Source of the DNA: the human T2T-CHM13v2.0 reference genome, Homo sapiens
Strand: one strand, 5' to 3'
Assembly: GCF_009914755.1 (NCBI RefSeq)
Contig: NC_060938.1
DNA: 64,000 nt
Below, in pieces: positions 1 to 15,830 of this stretch. The notes under the pieces are model-generated. The model did no database searches and was not told where the DNA came from. It saw only the letters and a program-made list of their open reading frames with translations. The position numbers and the translations under genes are program-made. Every line of letters starts with the position of its first letter. Position 1 is the stretch's first letter.

Positions 1-848
1 TGAGGCACAGCCCCCAGCTCAATAGCAGAGTCCTGAGGAAAATTCTGTCTCTGCAAAGTATACCTGATTGTACTAGTCACAGTATCGAACCTGTCAGCCT
101 GCGGAGGTTGCTGCCTTTCATGGCACTGTCTGAATGAAACTGAAAAAGAAATTCTTTTATTATATATTCTCATTACTTATAGGAATAATTTCAGAACTGA
201 TGTGAGATATTTCTCTGAATAACCTCTCCCTCAGTCTTGTTTACTACTAGATTCAGAAGTCTGATTACAAAGGGTTACCAGTGTGCCACCTCTACCCTGG
301 AAAAAAACTGGAAAACGATAGAACAAAAATACCTTTGGGCAGTAGATCTAAGAGTGACTTTTTTCCACGTTTTTCTAAATTCTGAAACAACTTTTATTTT
401 TGTTAAGTGCATTATTATTTACTAAGAAAAGTTTTTTAGAATGACGATGTAAGCCATAAACTTTATTTTAAGATATCTATTAATTAGATGCAAAAAACAC
501 CTCTTATTAAGCTACTTGGTTAATAAGCTCTTAAATGGGGAGAAACAAACCCAGATGGTAATTTATTAATACCAACTTTTGATTGTAGGTGATAAAGTAA
601 TTCTGTACCTCCTTATTATAATTGGAACAGGTATAAGTTACTCTTTCAGTTCTCACTTTACAGTCTTCTGTGGTTAGGAGTATGAAAGAATTAGCAAGCT
701 CTCAGATCAGAGGGTGTGCTGTGCTTTTTTCCCACCCCCTGCTCCCCCTGGCAATTTTGGGAATTCAGAGGGGTTTATTTTGTTGAAACTAGAAGCTACT
801 GTTTAGGAAGAAGGGAATTAATTTCAACAAAGAGTTTATAAAGATTCT

Positions 849-1716
<868 letters not shown>

Positions 1717-3400
1717 AGATGACTACTGGCTTTCTGAAACTTTTTTTTCCTAGCCTTGTATGATGCTAAAGTCAGGAATAGTATTCTCAGACTGATATTT
1801 CCCCTGAACTCATTAAGAGGATGTTTTTACTTTGATTTCAAAGGAAGAGCATTCAGGAACCATAAGGGCAAGTGAGGTATGGGTCCCTGAGAGTATATTT
1901 TGGTGTATTTTATGTCAGTATGCTGAAAATGAGTGTTACTTAAATTCAAGATACAGCATTAAGGAGGAGAGCTTCTTTCCAAAGTGAGTTTATAATTAGT
2001 TTTCTTAGGGTTCAGCATATATGATATATTATTTGCTGATAAGGGATAGTAGTCAAGGCACAGCTACAGTTTCAGCTGTGCCTGAAAGTTTTAAGTAGCT
2101 AAAAGCAAAGGAACACTTCTTCCCTAGCTCAATTAATCTGTTTGCATCTTCAGGAGAATGAACAGTCCTGAAATTCAAAGGTATCTTCTGCATAGAGAAA
2201 CATAGGATTGACTTTAGTAAATGAGATGAGTATCTGCACCATCTGTGTTGTAGTGGCCCTTCAGTGAACGCATGGGCTTTAGGCATACACTACCCTGGCT
2301 CTGATGCTTACTTGCTGTGCGATCTTGGGTAACTTGCATACTTTCTCTAAGCCCCTTTCCATTTGTAACATGAGGTTGATGTATTCACCTTGTGGAGTTT
2401 GGGGGTAGAAGCAGCATAATAATTAATATAAAGTGCTTAGTATATTACCTGGCCTGCAGTAGAACTCAGTGAATGATATTTTTGGTATCATTAATAATAG
2501 CCTTCTGTATTAATAATTTTCTGAATAAACTCAGTTCAAGTATCAAACCCCTTCCTGAGGCACTTGTAGATCTTGGCTGAGAGTAGTGCCTCCTCTCTTT
2601 TGGATGAATCCCAGTACAGGAAAAATAATAGATTTCATAGGCCACATTTTGTTTTTCCATTTAAAATGAAGATAGGTTTGCATCTTATAAAATTTAGAGT
2701 GCTGTTCTAATGAGAAGGTTGTCAGTGAGGAAATTAGTACTATTAACCTCTAAAATAATATTTAGACACAGACTTGGTACCCTAGAAGTAGCTTTCTAAT
2801 CTTTCATCATTTGCATTTGTGTATTGCTTTAGAGTTCACAAAGCGGGGTCACATGCCTCATACTATCACATCCTCAATAATCCATCCACATTTTACATGT
2901 AGGGAAACAGAACTAAAGAGTTGAAGTGACATGCCACAAGGCCATATAAGGGCAGGCAACAGAGGTGTCTAGAACAAGTTCATTCTATTTACGTAACATT
3001 CACTGAATGTCTGATATGTGCCAGGTGCTATGTTAGGCACTGGGGACATTGAGATGAGCAAGATATTTTTTTTCCCTGGCCAGATCATTCTCTTCCATGG
3101 TTACTGGATCTTCTTTCTGCCCCGGTTAGGCAAGGAAGGGTGAACTGTACGACTCTTGAGTAGTTTCAGTTCTACCAGTTTGTCTGAAGGTCCGGCTGCC
3201 TTCTGATTGTTTCTGGATCTGGAGGCTTCAGATCATTTGAGGCCCTGGCCCAGCCCTGGCAAGGAAGTGGTATTGTTGCTTCTATGGGATGTTGACTGCT
3301 GCATCCAGCTAACGTGCACAGGCTCCTCTCTTCTCAAGTAGTTTCCCTAAATGGGACGCCCTACCTCTCCCAGCCCTCTGCTTTGTTCATCACCATAGAT

Positions 3401-3630
3401 CAGGGTTCTCAACTTAGGCACTACTGGCATTTTGGGCCAGATAATTCTCTGTTGTGGGGCTGTGCTGTGCATTGCAGGATGCTGAGCAGCATCCCTGGCC
3501 TCCACTCACTAAATATCAGTAGTTCACCAACTCCTCCTTCTCTGCTTCAAATCATGAGTATCAAAAATGTTTTTGGATATTGCCAAATTGGGACGGGGGC
3601 TGCAAAATTGTGTCTAGTTGAGAACCGTAG
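3401..3630. mobile_element. MER20-like hAT-Charlie DNA transposon fossil
   Basis: cagggttctcaac...gttgagaacc terminal inverted repeats and MER20 core (cattttgggccagataattct...ggggctgtgctgtgcattgcagga). Confidence 0.8.
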
Positions 3631-4357
3631 TTCTTGATGTTTCTGGTACTGAGATTGGGTCTTTACTTTATTGACTCTGCTTTTACCAGTAAGTATGAGT
3701 TTCAAATTACAGAACATAATACAACCAAAACACTGATCTATAGATAGAATATACAAATATAAAAAAAAGAATATAGAATAAAAAACTATTGATCTATAGT
3801 TTTAAAACTGAGAATTTTTGCTAGTTTGAAAACCATACCCTTTAATTGTACCTTGAAAGGCAAACAGTTCGTCTTCAGAACTTGGAAAGAAAAGCAGTTG
3901 AGATGAAAGCATTTTCAAGTCAGTACCAAGTTTACAGCGTTTAGCTAACAGTGGACAAGAGGGTTCCATAGTCTTTTATTAGGCTTGATTCCTATGATAA
4001 TATACTTGTCAGAAAGTAGATGCCATGTCCAATCATCTGGCTTACCTAGGGTGCCTCTGCTTTCAAAGAGGCTCTGGTGGGAAGGTTAGATAGAGAGATG
4101 TGAAAAAACAAGGAAAGCAAAATGTTACTTGCAGAATCTAAGTGATGAAGAATTTCCTAGTAAAATGTTGGGAGCAAAAGCCTTTGGAGCTGCAGGTTAA
4201 GATGACTTTCTTTACACTAACTCTGTTGTTTCAGTTGGATGTGGTTCAGTTGCCTTTCTAGCAATGTTATAATAATTAGGTAATACAGTTGGAGGCCCAA
4301 CTTATACTAAGCACATAAGAGAATAAAATGAAAGAATCTATAAAGAAATAGGGTTTG

Positions 4358-4745
<388 letters not shown>

Positions 4746-5767
4746 GAAATAGGATTTGTTTGTTGACTATTTCTGTGACAGATCTTTTGCATCTGGTATT
4801 CAGAGACAAGCTTGAGTGAGGAAAGCATTGCTCCTTAATTTAATTGGCATTTTTAAGATTTAGTGTTGGAAGGACATTTGGAAATGTTGCAAAATACAAA
4901 ATATTTTCAGATTTTTGATCCAGGAATATAGATTGGGATTTTGCCAAGCCTGTGTTTTCTACAGCATGGTGAAAATGCTTCTTCCTTGCTTTGGTTTCTT
5001 GCATCTTCTAGAGTAGGTGAAAAAAAAATTTTTGACTCTCTTGGAAGGAAATAATCCCAATCAAAGAAATAGCTAATACTGTAGAGGATTGAGAAGTTTT
5101 TCTTGAACCAGATAAATCAAATTTAGAAGCACACCATCAGAAGAAACAAAATCAACTGTGAGCAATAGCTCAGAAAATGAAACTGGGCAGAATTTCGTGG
5201 GACAAAAGTTATATTTCAATGAGTTCAAATTAAGTTTGTTTTTATATTTTTGTTTTTAACTTTAGATCCTTTTTTCAGAATGAGTTTTGTGTATCTGCTC
5301 GATATGAAGGAGGACAGTAAATTCAGAAAACATAAGTTTTGTCATATTTTTTTCTTGTTCATGGATTTTTGTTTACTTCTTTGTAGATGGGGGAAAACTT
5401 GAAAGATGCTAGATGTCTTAAAATTACATAGCTTCATTTGAAACTGATAGTTGGCAATATTTGAGAATAAAATTGTTTGGTAAATTTGTAAATTTGTGTT
5501 GTTGAATATACCAAACTAGGTTGAGATTACGTCTTTGAGCTTTAATAGCTTTCTAGTCCTAAACTAACAAAGTGACTTTAGATTTTTTTAGTACTTTAAA
5601 ATATAAGTGAAAATTTTAGAATTCTCCTCTTATATTTCTTTTGTTTGGGGAGGAAAATAAAACTTTGTAGCTTCCTGATGAAATTTACATATCTGATTGA
5701 CTAACAGGTTGGAGTGAAATTAGGGAAGCTTGAAAACCAAAATAAGTGTACAGTGCTTTGTTTTTGA

Positions 5768-5959
<192 letters not shown>

Positions 5960-5972
5960 TGACTGTCTATGG

Positions 5973-6145
5973 CAGTGGTTCTCAAACTTTAAGGCATATG
6001 AGAGTCACCTAGGGAACTGTTAAAACTGCACAGTCCTGAGCTCCTAGAAATCAAATAGGTCTAGAGTTGGCCCCTGGAATCTGCATTTTTCACAAGCACC
6101 TGAAGTGATTCTTATGCCAGTAGATCAGACTTGGGAATCATTGGT
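5973..6145. mobile_element. MER5-like hAT-Charlie element
   Basis: cagtggttctcaaact...gaatctgcattttt...gtgattct motifs. Confidence 0.65.
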
Positions 6146-7409
6146 CTAGGTGGTCAGAGTGTTGAGCCTGGGACATTGGGAAGTTTCTTTTTATTAGAAT
6201 AAAGAAATAGGTTCATGTGTTACTGTCTTTTTTTAGGTGTTAAGACATTATTTTCATATAGAGAAAATCTTGTCACTTTTGTAGCCTTATTTATAAATGA
6301 TTATAGTGTCCTAGGTGAATATATTATATAAAACATCATCTTCCTCAAAGTAAAACTGGAGTATAGAGTCCTGTGAATAAGGCTGGTATAGTTAATTACC
6401 AGTTCTTTATTTTTACTACCTAAACACTAATTTAAAACTTTGCCTATATATAAGGGTATTTTAGAAAATGTTTGTCCTCTAGACTTGTGTGGGGCCACAT
6501 GCCAATAAAAATTTTATGTAGCCTTTTTGGACTGTGGTTTTCTTAATCTAAATAAGGGATTTAGGGATTTCTAAAGTCTCTTCTCACTCCGAAGTCCAAT
6601 AATTTTTCTCCATGGGTTAAGCAATTAAAGGACAGACGTAGTGGCTACATGTCTAGGTTGATCCAAGTAGGCTCCCCAGTAACTGAAGAGATACTGGGGC
6701 TGTGAGACTTAGCATCCAAGTCCTGATTTTTGGAGAAGGACTGTGGGGCCAGCATCTTACTCATGCCTCAAAGTTGTAGGCATAGAGGCAGTTTATCCTC
6801 CTGGAGTTGTTGAGCTTCCTACTGTAATGGAGGTTGTTGTGAGTACATTTCTATCTTTTAGATTCTGAGGGAATTAGGTGTCATTAGAGATTATGTGTGT
6901 GTGTGTACAGGTAGGCTGTAACTAGAGTTTTGATTTTATTATACCAGGAAAGTCTGATGAGTTTCCATGAATGAGTTATATATACTATTCAGAGTTACCA
7001 ATATTTGCTCTTTTTCTTTGCTTTTCTACAGTGCTAAGAATATCAAAATGCACCTCTTAAAGGCTATGATGCATAAGTATAGAGATGGAAGAAAGTGTGG
7101 ACCTGTTACAGCAGATTAGATTTTCGGGCCTTTGGAAAGCCTTTTCACTGATAAGGATTCCTTAGTTTATCACGAGAGATTATAGAATGTTCTGTACACC
7201 TAGCTTTCCTCTCTTTCTCTGCTTCAGCTTCACACATTCTGGTGACATTGATGCTTAGCGTTCTCAACGTAAAGCTATGGGATTTCTTGCTTCTCTGCCT
7301 TTGTTTATGCTGGTCTTTCTGCCTGAAATCTCATCCTCATCTTCCTTGAATGACTGGTCATCTACCAAGACACAGTTTTCCTCTTGCCCCTGCAAGGGCA
7401 TATTTATGA

Positions 7410-8325
7410 ACTATATCAGTGGGTCTTCTTGGTTTCAATTTCTTGTTGGGGTTGGCCTATAGGAGGCATCAACAGAAGACCAAAGGGAGGGAGGTGAGTG
7501 ATATTGGATATATTAGTCAAGTATTTATTGTGGTAATGCTGCTTAACAGCCCCCAAATTTTAGTGGCTTCTCACAGTTTACCATACTCATTTCTTGCTAT
7601 GGGGCTGTGAGTTGTCTGTGGTTCCACTGATCTTGCCTGGGCTCCACTGGTCTACAGGCTTCAAGTTAGGTTTACATCTACTCAGTGTATTGTATTTTGG
7701 GACCTAGGGTGGAGGAGCAATGATGATAGGCGGCATGGACTTCCTATGGCAGAGGATGTAAATGCCAGGTGACCAGGCTAGACCACAAGTACATATTTAA
7801 AGCCTTTGCTTGAATCATATCTGTTAATTTTCTACTACGTAAAGCAAGTCATATGACCAAGCCCAGAGTCAGTAGGATGAGTAAGTGTGCTCTTCCTAAA
7901 AGGGAAGGTACTGTGGAATCCAATGGCAAAGAGCAAACGTCATGGATGGATGATTCTGCTATAGAGAGTACTTGGAAATGCTAATGCAGTCTACCACATT
8001 AGATTATTGCTTTCCCTGACACCTTTTCTGTTGGATTGCTGGTTGGCAGTGGTTGTGTTCCTCTGCTGAGGGCCACCACTCTTGTTTGGCAGCCTTCTTT
8101 TATAACCACAGTTCTTTGGGTTCTGATAACCATTCTTTCCCTTGCCACTCCAAGTCTAGGAATGGTAAGGGCCTCCTGCTGTGCTGGCTCCACCTGATGT
8201 GCTTCACTATCCCCTTGTGGGGTTCCTTGTTAGTACTGTCTCCACCTTTGTGAATAGTCACTTCATTACATCTCTGCAATGACCCCATTTAAATGTGCCA
8301 TGTGTTTGCTGAGGGGGTTCTGGCC
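7410..8325. mobile_element. Old ERVL-type LTR (LTR33-like) with an MLT1 LTR nested at about 7509-7998
   Basis: LTR33-like gttggggttggcctataggaggcatc...gggagggagg. Inner element runs tattagtca...gtctaccaca (MLT1, minus strand). Confidence 0.5.
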
Positions 8326-9025
8326 AATAGCCCTTTCTCCTTTGTTCTCTGTGGCTCCTTGTATTATACTTACTGTTTCTTTTACTACTCACTAGATTAT
8401 GTTATTGTTTGTAGGTACGAGTCTTTTCCCTTGAGGCTTTTCAAGGCAGGACTTATTATGTGCAACCACAGTACCTAGCATGTTCCTGGCATATAGTAAA
8501 TGTTTAATAAATAATTATTTATAATCCAATTAAGGGGAAAACTCTCCTTTTTTTCCCCCAAACAAAATCGAACATAGATTCTCAGATTGTAAAACAACTA
8601 AGCCTATTTGGTTTAAAGCAAAATTCTAGAGGAGCCGGAGGTCAGGAGCCCGATCCACCTAGCTTCTTGCTTATTCCCTGGCAGCGCTCTTTTAAGGAGC
8701 TCCTCTATCAGGCATCTTAGTGAACCCTGATTGAAGACTGCTGGTCTATGTGGTCTCACAACGTTCCTTCTAGTTCAGGGAGTCCCTTTTTGTATTATTA
8801 AAAATCTTGAATGACTGCTTGAGAACCAAAAAAATTCCATTATAGTTTGCCATTTGTCGTCAGAAAACATGGCCTAATTAAATATACTATTTCAATAAAT
8901 GGCCTAAGGAATGCTTATGAATAAGAAAAGAATTAATATATTGAAGTACAGAGAAACTAGTTATTATACACTAATGCCTGTATTCAGTTCATCTATGTAT
9001 CTGGTTTCGTGAGATGCTTTTAGAG

Positions 9026-9205
9026 TAGCGGTTCTCAAAACGTGGTCCCCAGGCCAGCTTGGCATCATGAGGGAACTTGTTAGAAATACACATTTTTGGT
9101 CTTGCCCAGACTAGAATCAGAAACTCTGGAGTAAGGGCTCAGCGGTCCATGTTTTAACAAGCCCGCCTGCTGCTTCAGATGCATGCTCAAAGTTGAGAAC
9201 TACTG
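9026..9205. mobile_element. MER5A
   Basis: gcggttctcaaa...gggaacttgttagaaat...aagttgagaactactg with terminal inverted repeats. Confidence 0.8.
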
Positions 9206-10311
9206 TAAGAGAGACAGCTGTTTGTGGTGTGTTTTTATAAGGGAACACTTTGAGTAACTTTCTTAGTTGTAATGTCTCCTGCTTTTCACCAGAATGCAGT
9301 TTTCATTGCCCATTTTGGAGATCTCCACAGTGATTTAAGAGTTATTATCCTGCGTGTTAATGACCCATGAATCTCATACTTCATGGGATTGACATTTCTG
9401 AGCAACTTGTCTGGAATCCAGTGTACATTAGAGACTGACTACATTATGAACTCTTTAGATATTCTTGTAATAATTTCCTTCAATTTTGCTATTTTGCAAG
9501 GGGTATGTGGTGGCAGACATACAATTATCTATTCTTTGTTGGCAGGAATAAACTCTAGTGGAAACTGAGATACTATCACTATAGCCAGTAGAAAGAAGTT
9601 TGTACTACCAACAGTCTGGATATATGGATCTGGTTGTGACTTTGCTGTTAATTAACAAATGGCCTTGGGAAAATGGTATAACTTATTGAAAAGCCTTAGG
9701 GGATTATGTTATTTGTTGCTGTGGTTATTTTTTTTTTCCGCAGTAGCTTGGATTTCTAGTGTCAAGATGATTTCTGTCCCATTAATGAGATACCAACGAT
9801 AAATGAAGTATGGACATATATTCTTTATTCACCTTTTATGATAAAGGCAAATATAGCAAGAAATCCCTCAGGTATAGCTAGCTTTGAATTGAGAAACATT
9901 TATGGGTTTTGAACCTCCAAGTTTATACCACTGAGAATGGTATAGGGGAGGCAGTTTGTTTTTGTAATAAAGATCTCAGGCTTTTGAGTTAGTCAGGCTT
10001 TGGGTTCAGATCCTGGCTTCATTGTTTACTAAATTGACCTTGACTTCTCTAGGCTTTAGTTGCCTTGTTTGTAAGTTGGAGTTAGTGTAGGGCTTGGAAG
10101 AGATGACATATTTACAGATTTTTAGCATGGATCCTGGTAGGTTGTAAGGGTTTAGTGAGTGGTAGCTTTATTTATTTATTTTTAGCTATTAAAGCGGTCC
10201 AGTCTAACACAGTATGACATTTATGTGAAACCAGGTTGGTGTTCCAGTTTTCATTGTAAAATGAATCAAGAAGGACCAGAACAATGCCTTGATTTATTTA
10301 AAAGTATAATC

Positions 10312-10889
10312 AGCCTGTAATTCCAGCACTTTGAGAGGCTGAGGTGGGTGGGAGGATTGCTTGAGCCCAGGAGTTCAAGAGCAGCCTGGGCAACATAAGG
10401 AGACCCAGTTTCTACAGAGAATTAAAAAAAAAAAAAAAGGCTGGGCGCGGTGGCTCACGCCTGTAATCCCAGCACTTTGGGAGGCCGAGGCGGGTGGATC
10501 AGTTGAGGTCAAGAGTCCAAGACCAGCGTGGCCAACATGGCAAAACCCCGTCTCTACTAAAAAAATACAAAAATTAGCCAGGCATGGTGGCGGGCGCTTG
10601 TAATGCCAGCTACTCAGGAGGCTGAGTCAGAGAGAATTGCTTGAACCCGGGAGGGGAGGCGGAGGTTACAGTGAACCAAGATCACGCCACTGCACTCCAG
10701 CCTAGGCAACAGAACAAGAATCCATCCCCAAAAAAATAAAAAAATAGCCAGGCATAGTGGCATGAGCCTGTGGTTCCAGCCACTTGGGAGGCTGAGATGG
10801 GAGGATTGCCTGAACATGTGATTACGCCACTGCATTCCAGCCTGGGTGACAGAGCAAGACTCTGTCTCAAAAAGGAAAAAAAAAAAAAA
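10312..10889 (+). mobile_element. AluJ split by a full-length AluS (10439-10740) inserted in its central A-rich linker
   Basis: AluJ left arm (ggaggattgcttgagcccagg), complete AluS, then AluJ right arm and tail. Confidence 0.9.
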
Positions 10890-10969
10890 GGATGATCAAA
10901 ACTATGGCACTAAGAAATCATCCCTCCCATTTGTTTTTCTCAGACCTTGTTTAAAATTCTAGCTTATGA

Positions 10970-11173
<204 letters not shown>

Positions 11174-11963
11174 TGAGGAGACCAAGAACTTAATGCTTTT
11201 ATGGTTCTCCTTGGGCAGAGCAATCACCCCCTAGCAAGCATACTCATGCCTTCAATCACACATTAACTGTCTGAATTTTGGAGCTAGCTCAAGGATTTTC
11301 TAGAGGAGTCAAAGTAAGTCTCAAAGCTTAAGGTTCTCTCCATTCCTTCCTAAACTAATCCATGGAAACTCCTGGGACATATATATTAGCAGGAGATTCC
11401 TTCAGCTTGCCATTGCCGTTTGTGCCAGATTTAGTGACAGCTGCTTATCCTGATGTGAAACTAAGAGGTTATTGAGTATCGGATTTTGGAAGAGAACAGA
11501 TTTCAATAAGAACATTCACATACATATTCTTATTTTCAGTAAGAGTATTCACATATAATGGTGTTTTTAAAACGGATGCTTTTAAAATAATTTAAGTAGT
11601 TTTATTTTAATGACCCTATTGGGACTTTAACACAAATATGTTTCCTTTTCCCTTTGCTTTTTCTTCAATTATGATGTAGCAAAGTGGGTGGAAAGAACCT
11701 AGGACAGAGAGATGGAAATGTGGTGCTAATACTCTGATACTGTCTACCAAGCTCTGTGATAGTCACTGCATTTTCCTGGGATGACAGGGTCATCACTTAC
11801 GATATGTGACATTGGACAAAACCATTTCTTTTAGCACTATAAATTTATGATTCTAGGGTTCCCAGTAACCCATAATCAACCAGTTAATCAGTTGCCAAGA
11901 GTTTGTTGAACATCTGTGGGTGATCAGAATCACACTACGAGATGTAAACTTGTATTATGTAGG

Positions 11964-12015
11964 ATTTTGTCATGGTGAATTTTTGTTTGTCATGGTGAAT
12001 TTTTGTCATGGCGAA
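11964..12015. repeat. Three tandem copies of a ~16-mer ATTTTTGTCATGGTGA
   Basis: Read directly from the sequence. Confidence 0.85.
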
Positions 12016-12612
12016 CCAGCAGTTGGTGCTTGGTAAAGACTAGCTGAGGCACACATTGCTTTATTGAACATTTTGATGAACATTTCTAAAAGTTTCTAAT
12101 GGACCACTTAAAATATATACAAACAAGCAAGAATAGTGAGAAGAAACTTAAAATGGCCTATAATCTCATATCCAGAGACAATCTCATTAATAACATTTTG
12201 GTGTGGTTTCCTCCAGTTGTTCTTTCCTTGTGTAGAACACATGCAGCAGTGAGAAAAATTGGGTTATCCGACACGTGCTATTTTCCCCATTATGTCATGA
12301 ATTAGAATGTTTTTGACGTACAAACTAACATTTAATTTTAAATTAAAAATTATTAATAGTACCTTACGTTTTTGTGGTGTTTTCAGTTTATAAAGTCCCT
12401 TCTGCTTGCTATTTCATTGGGTCTTCAAAACAGCCCAGTAAGGTAGGACTGAGTGATTATCCCTCTTTTATAGATGGAGGATGCCTAGGTCAAAGGTAAA
12501 TGGCATGCCTGTGATCATACTGCTAGTGACAAAGACCTGGGAATAATAAATCCTTGGCAAATAGCTCTGTGATGCTAGTTTAAAGGTCAATCTATTAAGA
12601 TCCTGGGGGTAA

Positions 12613-12840
<228 letters not shown>

Positions 12841-13784
12841 TAACAATCAGAGGTGCTACAGAACTCCCTGAAGTTAATGGAGCCAACTGGAATGTGTTGG
12901 GAGTTTACAAGAGTGAACATTATGTAGAATGTGAATGGATATACAAATAAAAGATGAAACGTAATTCATATAGAAGTACTGACAAAAAAAAAAACACTGT
13001 CATTACAGTGTCTATTGCCTGTAAACCTACAAGCCTGAGCTGTGTCTTCTGTAACTTTTGATTAATGTTATGTTATTATTGTGTAAGTTAAAATACTCTT
13101 GGCTTCTTTATGACTCCTCTTGAATTCATGAATGCATCTTTGTTCTTTCCTAATTTTGGTCTTTCATCCTAGAATTCATTAAAAAAAAAAAACAAAACTG
13201 TTACTGAGTTTCAAGAGCCCCTCCTTGGCCATGAGGGAGAACTATCTGCTGTTTATTCAGTTCTGCCTTTGCCAGGGATGGTACTAGGGACTCAGCTCAT
13301 TTAATCCTTCCTGCAACCTACAAGGGCAAGCACCTTCAGCAGATGAGGAAAACTTAGGTTCGAAGAAGTTAAGGAATGTCTGATGTTACCCAGATAGGAA
13401 TGGTAGAATAGAGATTTGAACCCAGGTCTACTTTTATCTTTTTACATTTTTATTGAATTTTATTTTTTACTCTACTTTGAGATTGAGGAATAAATTAAGA
13501 CAGGGCTCATCCTCAGTCAGAGAAGATGGTGGTGGGCAAAGAATAAGGAAGGGAGAGGCATTGAGAGCATTAATTTGTTTGTTCACTTGGTAAGCATTTA
13601 GAATGCCTGCTAGGTGGCACAATATGTGCCACAGTCTGGCTTCCCTTAAGGGGATACTGTTTTATAGTCTGACCAGGGAACAGTTTTCTGAAGTTTTAAG
13701 CATGCAAAAGAAATGAGACTGTTTATTTCCAGACGAGCCCAAGATTCTTATTTCTTTTTATCTTTAAATTCAAGTTCAAATCTT

Positions 13785-14079
13785 TTTTTTTTTTTTGAGA
13801 TGGAATCTCGCTCTGTGACCTAGGCTGGAATGCAATGGTGCGATCTCGGCTCACTGTAACTTCCTGCCTTCCAGGTTCAAGCAATTCTCCTGCCTCAGCC
13901 TCCCAAGTAGCTGGGATTACAGGCGCCCCACCATGCCTGGCTAATTTTTTTGTATTTTTAGTACAGATGGGGTTTTACCATGTTGGCTAGGCTGGTCTCA
14001 AACCCCTGACCTCAGGTGATCCACCCGCCTCGGCCTCCCAAAGTTCTGGGATTACAGGCATGAGCCACCGTGCCCGGCC
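13785..14079 (-). mobile_element. AluS (Sx-like), full length, antisense
   Basis: Poly-T then reverse Alu. TSD tcaagttcaaatctt at 13770-13784 and 14080-14094. Confidence 0.95.
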
Positions 14080-15762
14080 TCAAGTTCAAATCTTGAATTA
14101 GAAGACATTTGATTATTGGAAAACTGATACCTTTCAAATTACTCATTTTACAGACAAAACGCTGCTTTTTCTGTTTTGGGAGCTTATTGTTAACAGGGAT
14201 AGCTAGCAGAATAGCAGTACATGGGGTGGAAGAAGGAGAGGTTTTACTTTTATTGTTTAGGCTTGACAGATAATGTTCCCCCTGCCACCTGTGTTACTTT
14301 CTTTCAGCTCTTATAAAATAAGAGCCATCCACTTCCATGGAAACAAGTCACTTTATCTTGAAGGTTTCCCTTTAGCTTGCCTGGAAGGGAGTGAGGGCCT
14401 GTTGGATGTGCCTTTAATGATTTCAAATGAATAGGATAATATTTACTTGTTTAATTCATCTTCATCACCTTAAAGGGATATTTATCATTTCTAGAAGAGG
14501 TCACCGCTCTGCCCCCCTTCTTCCCCCTCCCCCATCTCTCTTCTGCTTTTCTAAATTGTAATCATAAATAATGAGTTTCATTCACAGCTCCCTGCCAGTG
14601 AGCTGCTAATTACACAAAGTACTGCTTGTAATTTACACAGTAATAAACTGTAAATTTAAACATTACGGCACTTTAAGTTAATAATTTTTCTGCTGTAACA
14701 AATAGCTCATTTTTCACCCATCTTTTCCCTTGGCCCCCCTACCATGTCTGTCTGTGACCAGGAGGCATAGCTATAAGAAATGCAGAACATGAAGAATATA
14801 GTATATGAAAACTTCTCATTTAACTCCACTACCGCCCGGACTCTGACCTCAGAGTAATTTTTCTACAGCCAGTTCTGCTGAAATGTGTAGCCTGATGTTT
14901 AGCACGGTCCACACACATAGATGAATATAGACACAAATGTGTTTGAAGAACAGCCTTGATGTTCTTGGCATTCACGCCCGTGACTTGTGTTCTCTCAACA
15001 CAACAGTTACTCAGATGTGTGTTGGTATGCTTTCCCAGGTGCCATGGTAGGTAAGCATTGTGAATGTACTCAAGTTAAATGAAGAGTGAATTGCCGTTTT
15101 CCAATTTTTTGGAAATGGTTCGTTTCTGAACTCTTTGTGGTGTTATGGGTAAGCTTTTACACTATAATCTTGAGAACCCTGAATTTAGGAATCAATTTTA
15201 TACAAATTTCTATTTTTATTTCATGAGATGATGTTTGAGGGACAAAGTACAGAGTAACAATTTTTGCAAGTCACAAAATTCTCTTGATGTATTTATATTT
15301 AGTCAGCAGATATTTACATTTTACCAGTGAGGATTTGGTAATGTCCCAGGATGAAGGCTGTTGGAACTATAATCAAATCACGTAGCTCTCTAGGAAGCTT
15401 GGTGTGTTGGCCTGTTAAAAATTGGCTACTGTTGAATTTTCTAAAAAAGGATTTTTACTCCTATATACTTCAGTAGTTACAGGAGGTATAGTACTTATTA
15501 AAATACCATATATGGTGAACAGTGTCTATGATGTATTTATAAAGACTTTTGGATCACTAGAGAATAATAAATGTAACATGTAATACTTTTAAGATGGATT
15601 CCAATAAAAAGAAGTATAGTTGCTGTTTTATTTTAAGATTGACTTTTAACATGTGCCTTTTGAGGTTGCCTTAGCTGGCACAGTTATGGGAAAGATTGAT
15701 ATTGTACTTTATATGTTTGTTTCTGTGGTTGGATGATACTCTTGTCTGCCTTTTCTTTTTAG

Positions 15763-15830
15763 GAGACCAGCATAAACACTTTGGGGACTGAGAGGATAAG
15801 CCATATCATTAGTGACCCTCGGCAGAAAGA
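15763..15830 (+). CDS. GPATCH2L: GPATCH2L coding exon (68 nt): ETSINTLGTERISHIISDPRQK(E/D)
   Basis: ttttctttttAG acceptor (15761-15762), AGA|GTAAGT donor, phase 0 to 2. Confidence 0.92.

Noticed and set aside
10035-10043. Perfect ERR response element (TGACCTTGA)
   Set aside because: A single 9-mer inside a MIR-like repeat, expected by chance in 64 kb.
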